A stretch of DNA of 64,000 bases from Octopus vulgaris (Eukaryota), in NCBI GenBank assembly GCA_951406725.2, contig OX597817.1, positions 159,712,001 to 159,776,000 on the forward strand, given 5' to 3'. Under the pieces are notes generated by a model. The model was not told the origin of the DNA and searched no databases. It saw only the letters and a list, made by a program, of their open reading frames with translations. Position 1 is the first letter of the stretch. Each line of letters opens with the position of its first letter. The translations under genes were made by a program, and so were the position numbers. Shown one piece after another: positions 38,563 to 52,514 of this stretch.

Positions 38563-40020
38563 TATAAACCATTAAGTATATCCACGTCTTATCAAATCAA
38601 CCCCCAAGTGTTATTAATAGGGTGGTCAAAAGGTGTCAATAAGAATCTCTAACTTATCTGCAAACGTAAAGATTTTTTATAACTTTGCACCCTTTTATAA
38701 TAGGACAGTGTATTCGATAGGAAGATACAATATTAAGAATACAATATTTAAAAATATATTAGGTAAACTTTTTCCAAATCTTGCGAAATTAAACGTTGAT
38801 ACCCCACCCACGAACAACTCCACAAGCATCAAAACCGACACCATAATAGAAGACACTAATTCATTTAATTATAATAATAATAACTATATTGGGCAGAGTA
38901 GGAACAACTCAGTGAGGAAATGGGAAATTATCTGGTTTACTCCTCCTTTTTCCCTCCAAGTAAGTAACCTCCCTAAATTATTTTTTAGGATTATTGACAG
39001 GAATTTCCCATTAGGCCATGAACAGCATCCCATCTTTAATAGATCCTGCCTTAAATTGTTGTACTCAACTATGCCAAATCTAGGATCTATAATTGCAGCC
39101 AATTATAGATGAAAACTTAGAAATAATGGTATCAATAGGGATGACAATGTAGCTGGTCTTGATATGAATAATAATAATAATTCTGATATTAAAAATGTAA
39201 AGGCAAAGCATGGAAATAAAACATGTAATTTCCGTAATTGGGATGTATGTCCCTTAAAGGGATTCTGTTTAAGGAGAAATGTTGTATATAAAGTTGAGGT
39301 TTCAATCCTTAGTGAATTAAAGAAGGCATACATAAGAAGTACGAGTGACTTTAAGACCAGATATAGGGGGGACACAAATTCATATATTAATCAAGAAACT
39401 AAAAACTCAACTACACTAGCTACCCACATTGATGAATTAAAATTGTGTAATAAAGAATTCAGTATGGATTGGTCTATTATAATAGAAACCACACCATAAA
39501 ATACACACACCAGAAATTGTAAATTATACACAAAAGAAGCAATCAATATACTCTGTGCTGACAAACAAATTTTACTTAATAAGATTTCGGATGTCATTAT
39601 TCTTTGAAGATATAAATATTTATCAACTTTAAAATTTTTTTCCAAAAATAATTAGTTTATATGATTTTAACTTATTTATCCTTCATGCATTTGGATTCAT
39701 CTTAAAACACTATTATCTATAGCTTCATAATCTATTTAAACATGTAAATTTAGCTCTTATTATATCATACGCCTGAACAGTATGTTCTGGCACAACATTC
39801 GAATTTAAAAAATTCTTAAATTACGCATGTTGCTTATAACTTTATGATGTAAATAGCTCTTTTCTAAATCCTTTTAGATTAACTTTGATGAGAGAAATGT
39901 AGATGATTGTTGAGGTTGGAATTAACTCACCTATATCAACATATATTTTCTTGAAATGGCCATCAGACTTTCTACCTGCTGAAAATTCTTCTTAAAGTCA
40001 TTTTATACTAACATTCTCAT
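38563..40020 (+). mobile_element. Penelope-like element fragment: RT C-terminus, GIY-YIG endonuclease and terminal region
   Basis: SNQPPSVI, IIWFTPPFS...IFNRSCLKLLYSTMPN, CPLKGFCL..VVYKVEV..YIRSTSDFKTRY, WSII; decayed hammerhead at 39883-39967. Confidence 0.88.
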
Positions 40021-40040
40021 TTTATACCAACATTCTCATC

Positions 40041-41200
40041 GCAGAAAATTACAAGTGGAGAAATAGAGTGCAATAGGTGAATAGGATTAAAGGTTAAAGT
40101 CATGGAAATAGATATATTTAGTGTAAGTGAAATGTAAGAATACAGTTAAAGGTCAAATTTTACAGATTGGTACAAATCACTTATAGGAACTAAAGATATG
40201 TTTTTAGCAGTAAATCTAAGACTAGAAACTCTGTTTATCAATGTAGAATTACTTCCGGTTCTGGTGTCTTTCTTTTTATATAGGCAGTTCTTCATCTTAG
40301 TTGCCCAAAAGAATATCTAAAAATTACTCTACATTTAGACATATCAATAAACGTAACAATGCTGGGCTTAGTAAATTAATTTGGTCTCTAAATGAACATA
40401 ATAAACAATTTGATTTGGAATGGAATATTCTATCTAAATCATTTCCATATGATAAAGGTAAATCTTTTTGTTTGCTCTGTGATGAGGAACTGCATTTCAT
40501 CCTGTTTGCAGAGAATCCTCTTGTAAACATGTTTAAAGAAAGCGTTTATTATTGCAATCTTTGGCAAAAACATCATCATCATTGTTCGACCGTGGTCGAG
40601 ACTTTCATAGTCTTTTCAAATGGCTAATAATGTGTGCGCGCGCCACTACTACACAAGGCAAAAACATACCTTTAGTTCCTATAAGTGATTTCTACCAGTC
40701 TATAAAATTTAACCTTTAACCGTCTTCTTACGTTTCACTAAATATATCTATTTCCATACCTTTTACCTTTATTTCTATCCACCTATTGCACTATATTTCT
40801 CCACTTAATTTTCTGCTGATTTTTTTCTTCCTCCTCCTCTTTTTATAAATTGCCTTTGACATTATATATATTAACGTTTTTTTTTTTTAAATAACATACC
40901 AGCATTCCCTTCATCTTATTTGCAATAATCACATTTGGTTAAAATGTCTTATTGATGTGTTTTGTTTCTCTTTTTTACCCTGATAAGAAGATTGCATTGT
41001 TTTACATCATTTTATTCCTTCTAGAATAATACCAGTGTTTTCTTCGAAATATATATCGGAAGTATAAAGATTTAAATATCACCCGCATTTAACTCCATTT
41101 ATTTATTTATCTATGTTCTACAAAACCTGGAATTTCTAGCTTTATAAGTGGGCTGTTACATCCTTGGTACTTGTGTTGATTTTTGTTACCCTGGTAACTA
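40041..41200 (+). mobile_element. Second Penelope-like fragment with an inverted upstream partial repeat
   Basis: VYQCRI..YIGSS..LSKLIWSL..LEWNIL..CLLCDEE; 40041-40205 is an inverted copy of 40660-40816; decayed hammerhead at 40978-41060. Confidence 0.85.
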
Positions 41201-41601
41201 TTTATTCATTTTTTCCATGTTATTTGTAAACATTGAAAAAATACACATACATATGAAATGGAAAGCAAAACAATAAATTGAAGAATTATAAATTCAATTA
41301 ATTTAAATATTTTATTGTTTATTAATGAAGCGGAAACAGGTGTAATTTATGAGATGTGTCATTTGTTTGTATAAAATATTTAAATTGAATTGAATTTATA
41401 ATTGTTCAATTTGTTGTTTTGTTTGCAATTTCTTATTTATATTCATATATTAATAACTGTATGTATATTTTTCATTTACCTATTAATTGTAATTGATATA
41501 GGTAATATAAACCAGTAAATTCTTCGGATATTTGATATCACTTAGGTGAATTTTACTCCTAGCTAAATTGTTATATATATATATATGTATGTATGTATAT
41601 G

Positions 41602-41666
<65 letters not shown>

Positions 41667-41781
41667 GTATGTATATGTATATATGTCTCTCTATATATAT
41701 TTATGTCTATATATATATATATATATATGTATGTATATGTATATATGTATATATGTCTCTCTCTCTATATATATTTATGTC

Positions 41782-41815
<34 letters not shown>

Positions 41816-42046
41816 TACATTCACGACAGGCTTCTTTCAGTTTCCATGTACCAAATCTGCTTACAAGGCTTTGGTCAGCCCAAGGCTATAGTAGAAGACA
41901 CTTGCCCAAGGTGCCTCACAGTGGGACTGAACCTAGAACCATGTGCTTGGTAAGCAAGCTACTTACCACACACTCTTGCGCTTATATGCATATATGTATT
42001 TGTATATATATATATATGTATGTGTCTGCATATATATGTGTATATG

Positions 42047-42095
<49 letters not shown>

Positions 42096-42104
42096 CTTTG
42101 TATG

Positions 42105-42135
<31 letters not shown>

Positions 42136-42329
42136 GTGTGTCTTTGTATTTGTCTCCACCACTGCTTGAAACTGTTGGTCTTTTTACATCCCCATCATCT
42201 GTAACATAGCAGTCTGGCAAAAGAGATCAATCGGATAAGTACCATGGTGCTGTCCCTGCATGTCCATTGTCTAATGACTAGAACAAGTGAAATAAAATGT
42301 GAGAAATATAGGGAAGATTCTTTCATCCA

Positions 42330-42920
42330 CACACAATGTCACAATTAGTGCAAGTGCTTCAAATTGGGGAGAACATCCACCAAAATTCATCCTAAATCTA
42401 GATGGCATTCTGCCCTACACATGTCGATCTCATTGTGAAAGTGCAAGCTGTGGTCTGTGAAAATTATTGCCTCACTGTCCTTGAAGTTTCTGAAGAAGCA
42501 ATATGTGCTACCCGATTTTAAAAGCAAAATTAAAAGTACGTTATGTTAGTGCGAAATTTATGTCACAGTTTCTTATAAATGAATAATATGAGAACTAGGT
42601 TACTGTTAAAAGTTATTCGCTCATTTGAATACTGATGTAAACTTTCTGTAAAGTGACATAATGCATGAGAAAAAATAGCTGTACAGTTACATTGTTGAAA
42701 CAAAAAGGCAGCCTTTCCAGTGGATGAGATCAGCATAGAAACAACCAAAGATGCACATCAGAGTTGCTCAAATATGAACGTGATGATAATTGTCATTTTT
42801 GATTGTCATAATGAGTTTGTTACATGTGATCTAAAGTTCTGAACCAATCAAAAGAAGCAATGCACAAGCAGAAGGCTGAGTCAAACAATACCTGGGTATT
42901 GCACCATAATGGTATACTTA
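42330..42920 (+). mobile_element. Highly decayed mariner relic
   Basis: Remnants NVMIIVIFDC and NNTWVLHHN. Confidence 0.45.
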
Positions 42921-43056
42921 TTTATGCATTAATCTATATCTGAATTTTTGCAAGACATGAAGGAACTCTCATTCTCAACAGTCCTATTCTTTTGAATTGA
43001 CCCTTGTAGACTTTTGTTTCCTGCTCCCAAAGGTGCAGCCATGGTTATATGGTGTA

Positions 43057-43415
43057 GGTGCTGGCATGACTGTAGTTGAGAAGCTTGCTTTGAAACCACA
43101 TGCCCTCAGGTTCAGTTCTACGCACAGCATATTGGGTAAGTGTCTTCTACAATAACCCTGGGCTGACCAATACCATGTGAGTGAGTTTGGTAGATGGAAA
43201 CTGTGTGGAAGCCTGTTGTATATATGTATCAATGTGTGTGCATCTTAGTGTTTATTGTACACATACACTGCTTAGCAGTTCAGTGAAAGAGACTGAAAGA
43301 ATAAGTACTAGATTTAAAAATAAGTACTAGGGTGGATTTATTCAACTAAAAACCCTTTAAGGCAATGCTCCATAATAGCTGCAGTCTAACAGCTGAAACA
43401 AGTATTAGATGAAAG
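43057..43415 (+). mobile_element. SINE family A (diverged)
   Basis: Homology to other family A copies. Confidence 0.8.
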
Positions 43416-43864
43416 ACAGAGTTGAAATACCCTACGAAAGGTCACTGATTCCAGCAAAAAAAAAAAAAAGTAACTCAAAAAACAAAGAGGTTACAGGAAA
43501 TTCTCTACAAGCTCTGTTTACTGTCCCTGAAGCTGCATTTCAAAACTGAAAGAAACATTGGGAGTGGTGTGTCAACAGCGGAAGGAATATAAAACTTAAT
43601 TAAATTATAAGTTAAGCAATAAAGCTGTCTATCAAAAGAGTTTATGTTTTTGAAGTGATGATCTCACATACACACACACACACACACACATGTGCACGTG
43701 CGCATGTGCAGGCAAATATGCAGGGTGGTGTAACAGATGTGCACCATCCTATAAAAAGAAAAAAACATTTATATAAAAATATGATAATCTTTTATTCTAT
43801 TTACATAACTTTGATTATTTTGCTGGTGCATGACTTTTGTGCCATCCTATATATTATATATAAG

Positions 43865-44177
43865 CGTGACCGTTACCAGCGTCGCCTTACTGGCACATGA
43901 AAAAACATTCAAGCGAGGTCGTTGCCAGTGCTGCTGGATTGGCTCCTGTGCAAGGTGGCACGTAAAAAACACCATTTGAGCATGGCTGTTGCCAGTACTG
44001 CCTGACTGGGCCTCGTGCCGGTGGCAGGTAAAAGCATCCACTACAATCTCAGAGTGGTTGGCATCCAGCTGTAGAAATTCTGCCAGATCAGATTGGAGCC
44101 TGGTGCAGCCAAAAGGTCCAACCCATGCTAGCTTGGAAAGCGGATGTTAAACGATGATGATGATGATGATGATGATG
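43865..44177 (+). mobile_element. RTE 3' UTR fragment
   Basis: Minisatellite units plus tail and (GAT)n. Confidence 0.88.
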
Positions 44178-44190
44178 ACATATATATATG

Positions 44191-44223
<33 letters not shown>

Positions 44224-44408
44224 GTATATATATGTATATATATATATATATGTATATATATGTATATATACATATATGTATATATATATATATATGTATA
44301 TATATGTATATATATATTTATATATATATATATGTATAAATATGCATATATATATGTATATATATGTATATATATATGTATATATGTGTATATATGTGTA
44401 TATATGTA

Positions 44409-44469
<61 letters not shown>

Positions 44470-44642
44470 AATATTAGGGAATAAATCCAAATTTACAGGG
44501 AAAAAAATCAGATTTAGGATTAAATCCAATTTTATAGTAAAATATTATAAAATATTATTAGAGACAAAACCACTATTTTGCAAAACAAACAAGGAAAGAC
44601 TTAATCAATACATAAAATTTTAATAAATAGTCAAAAAAACCG

Positions 44643-44685
44643 CCACTACAATCGTTTCTTGTCTTGATCGACAATCTTCAGGTGG
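44643..44685 (-). ncRNA. Minimal type I hammerhead ribozyme motif (left arm)
   Basis: Reverse complement of 44746-44788. Confidence 0.85.
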
Positions 44686-44745
44686 ACTTCCAATAATTCA
44701 GTTTCAAATTATGACTTCATAATTTGAAACTGAATTATTGGAAGT

Positions 44746-44788
44746 CCACCTGAAGATTGTCGATCAAGACAAGAAACGATTGTAGTGG
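44746..44788 (+). ncRNA. Minimal type I hammerhead ribozyme motif (right arm)
   Basis: CCAC-CTGAAGA-TTGTC-GATCAA-GACAA-GAAAC-GATT-GTA-GTGG: stems I, II and III pair, core intact, GUA triplet. Confidence 0.85.
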
Positions 44789-44874
44789 CGGTTTTTTGAC
44801 TATTTATTAAAATTTTATGTATTGATTAAGTCTTTCCTTGTTTGTTTTGCAAAATAGTGGTTTTGTCTCTAATA

Positions 44875-44981
<107 letters not shown>

Positions 44982-45341
44982 TATGAAAATCTATGCAAAA
45001 CCAAAAAGTCTGATGAAAGCAAGCCAAAACTTCAAAATTACTGTTAAACTTCTCCTTGTAAAAGTTTATTATTAAAAATAATTTTAAGTAACTCTTCAGT
45101 TTGAATTGTTTTTATTTACAACTTGACATTAAAACAAATATTAAAGCACACACACACACGTTTTGTGATTGAAAACAGGAAAATGGATCTCAAAACATGA
45201 GTGTATAAACATATTTTTTATTCATCATCAACTACAGAGTAACTCAAAAACTGAGAGTTGGCACATATTACACATATGAAACTCTCAGCCCTTGAGTTTT
45301 TCCAAAACTTCTGCTGATTATTAATAAAAACAAACACACAT

Positions 45342-45775
45342 ATTCTTTTATTCTTTTACTTGTTTCAAGTCATTTGATTGTGGCCATGCTGGAGCACCAC
45401 CTTTAGTTGAATAAATCGACCTCAGGACTTAATTCTTTGTAAGCCTAGTACTTATTCTATTGCTCTCTTTTGCCAAACCGCTAAGTAAACACACCAACAT
45501 TGGTTGTCAAGCGATGGTGGGGGACAAACATAGACACAAACAAAAAACATATAAATACATACACACACACACACACACACACAAACACACATATATATAT
45601 ATATATATATATACAACAGGCTTCTTTCAGTTTCCATCTACCAAATCCACTCACAAGGCTTTGGTCGGCCTGAAGCTACAGTAGAAGACAGTTGCCCAAG
45701 GTGTCATGCAACGGGACTGAACGCAGAACCATGTGGTTGGGAAGCAAGCTTCTTACCACACAGCCACTCCTGTGC
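45342..45775 (-). mobile_element. SINE family A
   Basis: Full-length homolog. Confidence 0.9.
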
Positions 45776-46112
45776 TTCAGGTTATATATACATATGTATA
45801 TATATGAATAATGCAACGCTTCTTTGTTGGTTGACTTATTCTAGACTTTAGCAAAATATGTTTAAAAAACAGCATAATAACAAAAATCAAAAAGAAAATA
45901 ATCAATTTTCTTGATTAACAATCCTTATCTTTGATCCAACCCTACTAACTAATCTGTCTGTGTAAGATATAATTGTTTGTTCTTTGTAAAGTACTTCTCT
46001 AACTGCTGCTATCTTACCAGAAATATATGACATCTGTTGTACTTTCTATAGTCTTGTATAATATCAATCTGAATTCTATGCAACTGAACACTTCCCTCTC
46101 ATTTGTCTATAG

Positions 46113-46300
46113 CAGTGCTCTGCAACCTTTTTTTACACTTGCAGTACTCTTATATTCTTTTCAAAATTCGGTGGCACACCTGATCTAAAAATATAACTAA
46201 AAGTATAGGGAAAAAAATTATATTCAGGTTACACTGTGGCACACCTAGCATCATCTTGTGACAAAACAGTGTGCCATGGAATACTAGTTGTGTAGCACTG
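46113..46300. mobile_element. hAT-type MITE
   Basis: CAGTGCT...AGCACTG TIRs, perfect 8-bp TSD GTCTATAG. Confidence 0.9.
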
Positions 46301-46381
46301 GTCTATAGTATTCAGCTAATCATAGATATTGTAGATGGGAAAGTGACTTACTTCATTGTATTATTATTGGTTACCAGTTCA

Positions 46382-47901
46382 AGGCGGCGAGCTGGCAGAA
46401 ACGTTAGCACGCCGGGCGAAATGCTTAGCGGTATTTCGTCTGCTGCTACGTTCTGAGTTCAAATTCCGCCGAGGTCGACTTTGCCTTTCATCCTTCCAGG
46501 GTCGATTAAATAAGTACCAGTTACGCACTGGGGTCGGTATAATCGACTTAATCTGTTTGTCTGTCCTTGTTTGTCCTCTCTGTGTTTAGCCCCTTGTGGG
46601 TAGTAAAGAAATAGGTATTTCGCCTGTCGCTACATTCTGAGTTCAAATTCCGCCGAGGTCGACTTTACCTTTCATCCTTTCAGGTTCGATAAATTAAGTA
46701 CCAGTTGAGTATTGGAGGCGATGTAATCGACTATCCCCCTCCCACAAATTTCAGACCTTTTGCCTATAATAGAAAGTATTATTAGTTACCAGTTCATTTG
46801 GCTTTATATTCTTAGTTAATATGCTGCCAAGGTAGACTTTGCTTTTCATCCTTTCAGTTGCAATGAAATAAGTACCAGTTGAGTACTGGGGTCAATGCAA
46901 TCAACTTCCCCATCCCTCAAAATTGCTGGCCTTGTGCCAAAAATTAGAAAGAATCATCAGACATTAGTTAAGTATTTAACCAAATAATTAATCCATTGTT
47001 TGATTAATTGTTTGGTCAATCAGTCAGTCAGCTAGGTTTGTCGGAGTCCTTTCATCACTGTTTACAACCTCATCAATGACATGCCTTCTATACCCCTAAT
47101 TTGCTTTGGGTCTTTCACCTTTAATAGGGCTTGAAAGTTTGACATTCATAGTTAATTATAGCTGTTGTTTGCGATTTCCTTCAATTGTGCTTCACTATAA
47201 CCATGTTTGCTGTAATGGTGCACAAAATAATTTGCACGTTCCCAATAATCTCCAATTATTACTGTTGTTGTTGTTGTTGTCATTATTAAGGCCTTTTGCA
47301 GGCAGAAACCTTAGTACATTGGATAAAATGCTTAGTAGCATTTCTTCAGGCTTTTTGTTCTGAGTTCAAATGCTGCTGAGGTTGACTTTGCTTTTCATCC
47401 CTTTGGATTTGAAAAAATAAGTATCAGTTGATCTCTCAGGTTAATGTAATTGACTTACCCACTTCCTTTAAAAACTGATGGCCATGCACCAAAATTTGGG
47501 ACCATTAAAGGCAGTGAGCTGGCAGAATCATTAACATGCATGAGAAAATGCTTAGTGACATTTCATCTAGCTTTACACACAGAGATCAAATTCTGCTGAG
47601 GTCAACTTTGCCTTTCATCCTTTTGGGGTTGATAAAATAAGTACTAGTCAAGCACAGGGGTCGTTGTAATTGGTTATCCCCACCCTGAAAAATTTCTGGT
47701 CTTATGCCTGTAATAGGAAAAATGATTATCATTACTATTATTAAGGCAGTGAACTGACAGAATCGTTATTATGCCAGACAAAATGCATAGTGACATTTTG
47801 TCTGTCTGTATGTTCAGAGTTCAAATTCTGTTGAGGTCACCTTTGTCTTTCATTCTTTTAGGGTTGATAAAATAAGTACCAGTTGATAAAATAAGTACCA
47901 G
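46382..47901 (+). mobile_element. Cluster of about 6 co-oriented SINE family C copies
   Basis: Head GGCGGCGAGCTGGCAGAA, B-box-like GAGTTCAAATTCC and core GTCGACTTTGCCTTTCATCCTT...AAGTACCAG are repeated. Confidence 0.88.
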
Positions 47902-48797
47902 CCCTCAGAACCATTTCCATTTCTCATTTTCATCCCTGTCCACACTATTTGCACCAATCACCTCCTTTTGTGTCTTCAGCTATTGATCTCCTCTGCTATA
48001 CCCCATTCTTAACACCTTTCTTTACAACTTGCTTTCATTCTCAATGCCCTATCATTTCTACCATCATGCCCCTGTATCTCCCTCTCTACACCTTGCACAT
48101 CATTCCACTACTTTCTGACCCCCACCCCAAATCACTCCTACATCTCTCACCTTACACTTCTCCATACTGGTATATCCCCTCAACCACACCACAACCCTCG
48201 TTCATCAATCTTCTGTACATTCACTTCCATCCCTATACTTTACCATTTATAACTCCCCAATTCACACCCTATGAAAGCATTCACTCTCCCTTCTCATGAC
48301 CCACTCTCTGTACCCTCTTTTATGCTCACCTTCTTGCATCTTGAGACTTTGCTCTGGCACTCCATCACTACCTTCCTTTATCTCCTTCTCTTCTCTTCTT
48401 ATCCACCTCTATATATAAGAGGGTTTAGTCATGTATCTCCTCTATAGGAAGACACTTGTGCTTGTCTCTGTATCTTACTTTACCCCTTCACCATCTGGCA
48501 TAAAGCCACTTTCCCCATTCAAATGTTCTTCAATTCATAGAGGAAGCTTTTCCTTTTCTTCTCCTTTTCCCTCTTATCTTGCAAGTTACCTGATAACGTC
48601 ACTTGTGTTGGTGGCATGAAAAGAGAAAAAAAAAGCATCAAATATACCCAGTGAAGTGGTTGGCATTAGGAAGAGCATCGAGCCATAGAAACCATGCCAA
48701 AGCTGACACAGGAGATGAAAAAGGCTTTGCAATTTGCAGAATCCTTTCAAACCATTCAACCCATGTCAGCATGGTAAGCGGATGTTAAATGATGATA

Positions 48798-49293
<496 letters not shown>

Positions 49294-49610
49294 AACAACG
49301 ATAATGATGATGACAACGATGATGATGATGAAAACCTTACTCTTTCAAATATCAGGCTTTATACCTTTGTTAGAAACAATGATTGTTGTTGTTGTCTGTT
49401 GCTACTGTTGTCTTATATTCTTATTTAAATGTTGATTGGTTTCTTGTTTTACACTCAATTATTTCTTCCCTCTTCTGTGAAGGTGCTATGATTGCCAATG
49501 GTGTATTCTTGTTCTCACACCCTTTGTAGAAGAATAAAGTAAATACTTAACTACATACATACATCAATACCCACCCCTATATAAAATAAAACAAAACAAA
49601 ATAGATGAAT

Positions 49611-50029
49611 TCTTTCACTCTCTTTACTCTTTTACTTGTTTCAGTCATTTGACTGCGGCCATGCTGGAGCACCGCCTTTAGTCGAGCAACTCGACCCCGG
49701 GACTTACTCTTTGTAAGCCCAGTACTTATTCTATCGGTCTGTTTTGCCAAACTGCTAAGTGACGGGGGACATAAACACACCAGCATCGGTTGTCAAGCAA
49801 TGCTAGGGGGACAAACACAGATACACAAACACACACACGCATATATATATATATATACATATATACGATGGGCTTCTTTCAGTTTCCGTCTACCAAATCC
49901 ACTCACAAGGCTTTGGTCGGCCCGAGGCTATAGTAGAAGACACTTGCCCAAGGTGTCACGCAGTGGGACTGAACCCGGAACCATGTGGTTGGTAAACAAG
50001 CTACTTACCACACAGCCACTCCTGCGCCT
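49611..50029 (-). mobile_element. SINE family A, full length
   Basis: Near-identical to 676-1076. Confidence 0.92.
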
Positions 50030-50354
50030 ACTTAAGATTGATCTTTTTATCTTTTATTTTCTCACTTGTTTCAATCATTTAAATGTGGTCATACTGGAGC
50101 ACCACCTCAAAGGGTTTTAGCTAAACAGATTGTCCCCAATACTTATATATATATATATATATTTTTTTTTTTTTTCTAAAATCTGCTACTTATTCTATCA
50201 CATTCATATGCCAAACCACAAAGTTACAGGGATGTGAACAAACCACCACCAGTTGTCAAGTGGTATGGGGACAAACAAAAACATCCCACATAATATAGCC
50301 TCAAGCTGAATGAGTGGATTTGGTTGATAGAAACTGAAAGGAGCCCAATGTATG

Positions 50355-50393
<39 letters not shown>

Positions 50394-50759
50394 TATGTTG
50401 TGTCTGTGTGTGTGTGTGTGTTATGTTGTGTCTGTGTGTGTGTGTTTGTGTCTATTTGTTCTCCCCACTACTGCTTGACAACCAGTGTTAGTGTGTTCAT
50501 GTCCCCATAACTTAGCAGTTCAGCAAAAGAGAACGATAGAATAAGTGTTGATTCATTCAACAAAGAATTCTCCAAGACAGTGCCCCAGCATGGTCACAGT
50601 CTGATGACTAAAACAAGTAAAAGATAAAAAATATTATTTTTTTACTATTTGTGTGGAAGGTTTTCTACAGCTGGATGTCCTTCCTGCTGCCAACCCCATC
50701 CATTTCCAAATAGGGTAATGTTTTCCCTCCTATCTGTTAGGAGGCAGAAGCACTTTGAC

Positions 50760-51545
50760 ACACAAGCTATGACAGATCCTCAATATTTAATGAGAAGGTC
50801 ACATTAGCAACAGTGAGGTTCTTTACCATACCTCACTAACAAGCATTGAAGCCACCATTCTTCACCATCATCTCCGCTGGGCAGGTCATGTCCAGTGTAT
50901 AGAGCCTTCTCATCTCCCAAGGATTATGCTCTACAGAGAACTTGCAATTGGAACAAGACCCAGAGGAGGCCTGAAATTCTGTTTTAACCCTTTAGTATTT
51001 AAACCGGCCATATCCGGCCAAAAGTATTCTACCTGTTTTATGTTCAAACTGGCCAGATCCAGGCTCTCACACCTACCCTACAATGTTATTCTACATTAGG
51101 TAATTACACCATCAAGATCTTGAAGATATGAGATAATGCATGATTAATTCGAATCAATGGGAATCAATAGGCATTATGTTTGATAGAATAATCTGAACAC
51201 TAAAGGGTTAAAGACCAGTTCAAATGGACCCTGGCCCAAACTAACATCCAGCCATCCTCATGGGAACAGATTGCCATGGATAGGACAGCCTGGAAGACTG
51301 CTATCCACAATGGAACCAGTCCCTTCATGCAGAACAGACAACAGAATGAGGAGGTAAAAAAAGGAGAACAAAGGAGCGTCTTCAACATCCTTGATCCACA
51401 CCAAACATCCTGTGTAAATTCTGCCTGCAATTCTTTCACCACTGACTTGGACTCCAAAGTTACATTTGGCACAAACATCTGCTGAGGAGACTGGATGTAG
51501 ACTGACGAACCCAATGCTCAGATATGAGCTGGAGCCGATGATGAA
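50760..51545 (+). mobile_element. Decayed RTE 3' fragment
   Basis: LRWAGHV, PRIMLYRELAIGTRPRGGLK..FKD, DRTAWK remnants. Confidence 0.8.
50988..51207. mobile_element. TTAA-site MITE (piggyBac-like ends)
   Basis: TTAA|CCCTTTAG...CTAAAGGG|TTAA; removal restores the host FKD codons. Confidence 0.9.
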
Positions 51546-51570
51546 CTCCTGCCTACCAAATTCAATCACA

Positions 51571-52000
51571 AGGCGTAGGAGTGGTTGTATGGTAAGTAGC
51601 TTGCTTACGAACTACATGGTTCCAGGTTCAGTCCCACTGCATGGCACCTTGGGCAAGTGTCTTCTACTATAGCCTTGGGCCAACCAAAGCTTTGTGAGTG
51701 GATTTGGTAGATGGAAACTGAAAGAAGCCTGTCATATATATGTATGTATATATATATATATATATATTATTTATGTGTGTGTATATGTTTGTGTGTCTGT
51801 GTTTGTCCTGCTAACATCGCATGACAACTGATGCTGGTGTGTTTACGGCCCCATAACTTAGCGGTTTAGCAAAAGAGACCGATAGAATAAGTACTAGGCT
51901 TACAAAGAATAAGTCCTGGGGTCGATTTGCTTGACTACATGTGGTACTCCAGCATGGCCACAGTGAAATTACTAAAACAAGTAAAAGAGTAAAAGAGTAA
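51571..52000 (+). mobile_element. SINE family A
   Basis: Full-length homolog. Confidence 0.9.
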
Positions 52001-52514
52001 AGGCTTTTGTCAGCCCGAGGCTATAGCAGAAGACACTTACACAAGGTGCCACACAATGGGATTGAACCCGAAAACATGTGGTTGAGAAGCTTCCTAACCA
52101 CTCAGCAGTGACAGGCTTCCACACAGTTTCTGTCTACCATTTTCACTCACAAACCTGGGGCTATAGTAGAAAACTCTTGTCCAAGGTGCTGTGCAGTGGG
52201 ACAGAACCTGAAACCTTGTGGATGCAAGCAAGCTTCTTAGTCTCACAAACATTCCTGCACTTATATCCATTTAGTATTCAGTCGTGTCTGATGTAAATTT
52301 GTTTTGCTCATCTCATCACTCCGTTAATCACCAAACTGTCTATGTTTACCTATGTATTTGTAATATCTATCTCCTAATCTACATAAATTGGTTTGCTTTG
52401 TAATTAAAATAATCTGCTGACCTGGATGTTTTTTTACTGAATTGTCCAAATTTCTGTGAGAAACAGATTTGTATATTTGTCACAGTGTTGACTAACACTG
52501 ACACACTGATGACG

